From: an uncultured Oscillospiraceae bacterium | GTDB lineage: Bacteria > Bacillota > Clostridia > Oscillospirales > Ruminococcaceae | Reading direction: 5' to 3' | Assembly (NCBI GenBank): GCA_964550985.1 | Contig: CAZKBM010000006.1 | Location: 10,642-74,641, forward strand | Length of the DNA stretch: 64,000 bases | Shown: one piece after another, positions 61,778 through 64,000 of the stretch | Numbering within the stretch: the first letter of the stretch is position 1 | Layout: each line of letters begins with the position of its first letter | Program-made: the position numbers and the translations under genes | Notes under the pieces: model-generated | What the model saw: the letters and a program-made list of their open reading frames with translations, nothing else | What the model was told of the DNA's origin: nothing | Databases searched by the model: none

Positions 61778-62599
61778 TTACAGCACGTCTGCGAACTGTG
61801 GCCGCAGACGGTTAAAAACAAAAGCTCCCAGCAAAAAAACAACCCCTGTTACCAGCCAAAAGGCCAGGCTGATGGGAAATGGCCTCTCCCAAAACCACAT
61901 ACGCCCCAAAAAGGTATCGCGGTAGCCTTCAATAATATAAAACATGGGGTTTAACAGTTTTAAAACATTCAGCACGGCTATGTTATTGGCAAAGGTGTCC
62001 GGGTTCCAGCAGATGGGGGAAGCCCAAAACCCAACGCCCAGCACAATATTCACAAAAGAGGCCACATCCGGCGCAAACAGGGAAATAGAGCCCAGCAGCC
62101 AGCCCAGCCCCAAAAGCAGGCAGAACATACAAAACAGATAATAAAAAATCTGCAGATTATACAGCGAAAAACCCACCCGGTAGGCAACATTAAAGGCCAA
62201 AACAATCAGCAGCATAGCCAGGTGTATAAAGCCGCTGGACAGGATTTTTACCACCGGCAAAATACCCACCCGAAAGTTTACCTTGCGCACCAAATAACTA
62301 TAGCCCGCAACACTGCCGGTTGCAGAGTTCACCGCCTCTGAAAAATAGTTCCACACCAGCATGGCAGGGGCAAACCATACAATAAAGGGATACCCGCCCT
62401 GGTCGCCATTTCGCAGCGCCACCTGGAACACAAACCACATGGTAAGCAGGGTGGCAAGCGGCTGCAAAAACGCCCAGGCTACGCCCAAAAATGAAGAAGC
62501 ATACCGCGATTTAAAATCGTTTTTGGCAAGCTTCCACAGCAGGGTACGGTTTTTTACAACATCCAAAAAAAAGCCGGAAAAAAGCAGTAAAATTTTCAA
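61778..62599 (-). CDS. Polysaccharide export ABC-2 type permease (Wzm/TagG type)
   Basis: Six TM helices and LAKNDFKSRYASSFLGVAWAFLQP. TTG at 62599 follows an AAAGGAAG RBS. The track start at 62641 overlaps the upstream GT. Confidence 0.85.
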   Translation of the reverse strand: MKILLLFSGFFLDVVKNRTLLWKLAKNDFKSRYASSFLGVAWAFLQPLATLLTMWFVFQVALRNGDQGGYPFIVWFAPAMLVWNYFSEAVNSATGSVAGYSYLVRKVNFRVGILPVVKILSSGFIHLAMLLIVLAFNVAYRVGFSLYNLQIFYYLFCMFCLLLGLGWLLGSISLFAPDVASFVNIVLGVGFWASPICWNPDTFANNIAVLNVLKLLNPMFYIIEGYRDTFLGRMWFWERPFPISLAFWLVTGVVFLLGAFVFNRLRPQFADVL

Positions 62600-62612
62600 A
62601 ACAAAACTTCCT

Positions 62613-63983
62613 TTATCTCTTAGTGAAAACAGCGCGTACACGGGCCAGCAGGGCTCTCATCTTCCTCTCAAGGCCCTGAAAGCGCACCAGGGCGCGGTAG
62701 GTAAGTGAATTGCGCCACATGGCAAGTTCGGCTTCCAAACTGCCTATTTTGGCAATGGCCGAGGATGCCGCCGGTATCTCCTCACTGGAGTGGGCAAAGG
62801 TTAAAGCCCTTAGCACGGCGCCATTCTGCCCCCGGGTGGGGGGGCTTTTTTCAGCGGTATGGGCCAGGTAAACCTCCAGATACTCCGCCGCCATCTCCTC
62901 TATACTTTTTAAGTGCAGTTTTTGGATGTTTTCTTTTACCCGTTCATACTCCGCCGGGGCCATCACCCTCTCGCGCAAAACAGCCAGCACCTCGGCCGGC
63001 TGGGCGGTTGGGGGCACAAGCCAGCCGCAATCCATCTCCCGTACACGTTCCCCCAGGGCCCCAATATCTGTACATAGCACGGGCACACCGCAAAACAAGG
63101 CTTCGGAAATCACATAGCAGAAGGTTTCCGGCACCATGCTTAAAATGGCAACCAAGTCAATGCGGTTTTCCTCCAGCAAACTCGGCAGATCCTGCCTTTC
63201 ATAACGGCCCAAAAAATGGATATCCTGCCGCTGCATTTCCAGTAGGCTTGCATCACCCACAAGGCCAATCACAAACCACTCTATTCCCGGCTGGGGAGCG
63301 CTTAGCATTTTACCAATCAGTTTACTGCCTTTTACGGGGCTTAAGCCCCCTACAAAAGCTATCCGCAGCGCGCCTACCTCTGGTTGCCAGCTTTTGGCAG
63401 GCGCCGTAAGGGCGCGCAGCCCGTGGCCTATCACCACTATTTTTTCGGCAAGTTCGGGGTAATATTGCAGGTAAATCTCTTTCACCGAATGGCTGGGTAC
63501 AAAAATCTGCCGGCAAAGGTGCAGCACCTTTCTGTGTTCTTCCCTGCATTTTGCCACATAGTCTACCTGCGGGCTAATGTTATGGTTTTTTTCGGTGCAG
63601 CGCTTACAATCAGCATTCGGTTTTAGAAGACAGCACTCCTCGGTATCATCAAAAAAGGTTAAATTAGAACATAGCGCATGAAAGTCATGCAGGGTGGCAA
63701 ATAGCGGCAGGCCGCGCTCGGCCGCAACCTCGTAAATATCCAAAGAGAGAAATTTCGTCTGATGCACATGCACAAGGTCCACCTGCAAGCCATCCAGCAC
63801 GGTTTCAAAAATAGCGCGCAGCTCCTTTGCGTAAAAAGGGGGATAGTCCAGCGGTAGGCTACAGGGAAAATGCAGTTCAAAGGCCTCGCTTTCGGTGTAA
63901 ACGCTTACCCTCACAAAGCCTCTGTCCATCCCCAGTACTATGGGGTTGGTCTCTTTGCGTGTGTGCTGGCAAAGGTCCTGCAC
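62613..63983 (-). CDS. GT4-family (GT-B, glycosyl transferase group 1) glycosyltransferase; the reading frame stays open to the window edge, so the N-terminus may be incomplete
   Basis: C-terminal GT1 core ...FLGRYERQDLPSLLEENRIDLVAILSMVPETFCYVISEALFCGVPVLCTDIGALGERV (EX7E-like). There is no in-frame stop between 63983 and 64000. Confidence 0.8.
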   Translation of the reverse strand: MQDLCQHTRKETNPIVLGMDRGFVRVSVYTESEAFELHFPCSLPLDYPPFYAKELRAIFETVLDGLQVDLVHVHQTKFLSLDIYEVAAERGLPLFATLHDFHALCSNLTFFDDTEECCLLKPNADCKRCTEKNHNISPQVDYVAKCREEHRKVLHLCRQIFVPSHSVKEIYLQYYPELAEKIVVIGHGLRALTAPAKSWQPEVGALRIAFVGGLSPVKGSKLIGKMLSAPQPGIEWFVIGLVGDASLLEMQRQDIHFLGRYERQDLPSLLEENRIDLVAILSMVPETFCYVISEALFCGVPVLCTDIGALGERVREMDCGWLVPPTAQPAEVLAVLRERVMAPAEYERVKENIQKLHLKSIEEMAAEYLEVYLAHTAEKSPPTRGQNGAVLRALTFAHSSEEIPAASSAIAKIGSLEAELAMWRNSLTYRALVRFQGLERKMRALLARVRAVFTKR

Positions 63984-64000
63984 ATGAATTTGCGTGCCGC

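Noticed and set aside
1-64000. Prophage, integrative element, defence island, CRISPR or rRNA/tRNA content
   Set aside because: I found no integrase, transposase, restriction, toxin-antitoxin or cas-like ORFs, no tRNA-like or rRNA sequence, and no abrupt large-scale compositional shift. The gene content is conserved housekeeping synteny, except for the two glycan/sugar loci at the edges.

Overview
This window looks like a chromosomal core region of a roughly 55-58% GC Firmicute. The gene content resembles Clostridia, possibly Oscillospiraceae/Ruminococcaceae, but that taxon call is only a guess from gene content.

Gene layout:
- From about 8.7 to 52.7 kb almost every gene is on the minus strand, in classic Gram-positive housekeeping synteny.
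- The first block, read 5'->3' on the minus strand, is pyrH-frr-uppS-cdsA-dxr-(acyltransferase)-rseP-ispG-polC.
- Continuing to higher coordinates (listed left to right): rnmV-like/HAD fusion, holA, comEC, a PRTase, HIT, alaS, glycerate kinase, VIT1, PglC/PglF-like sugar genes, rnr, secG, parC/parE-like topoisomerase, ftsH, hpt, tilS, dnaB, rplI, gdpP and rnj.
- The left end carries a truncated pduL, a family-4 UDG, a GH25 lysozyme gene interrupted by an in-frame TGA, and an AraC-regulated CUT1-type sugar ABC importer with an esterase and an unknown partner.
- The right end carries rnhA-mnmA, an MscS channel, a small Q/A-rich protein, and an ABC-transporter-dependent glycan locus that continues past the window edge. 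That locus holds a GT4, Wzm, a Wzt with a C-terminal extension, a WbdD-like methyltransferase/kinase/coiled-coil protein, and a GT-A.
- I recognised no rRNA, tRNA, CRISPR array, IS transposase or prophage.

Most notable non-genic signals:
- A structured intergenic repeat of about 100-170 nt, present three times in the same orientation, with a compensatory base-pair change.
- A perfect 24-nt palindrome, TACAGCATTTGAACAAATGCTGTA, present three times.
- A 166-nt MITE-like long palindrome flanked by TA.
- Opposing promoter and terminator structures in the rnj/rnhA divergent region.
- Probable non-canonical start codons: ATC for rnhA and CTG for glycerate kinase.

I refined start codons by hand from RBS context where I could. 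All functional calls rest on motif recognition from memory, not on database searches.
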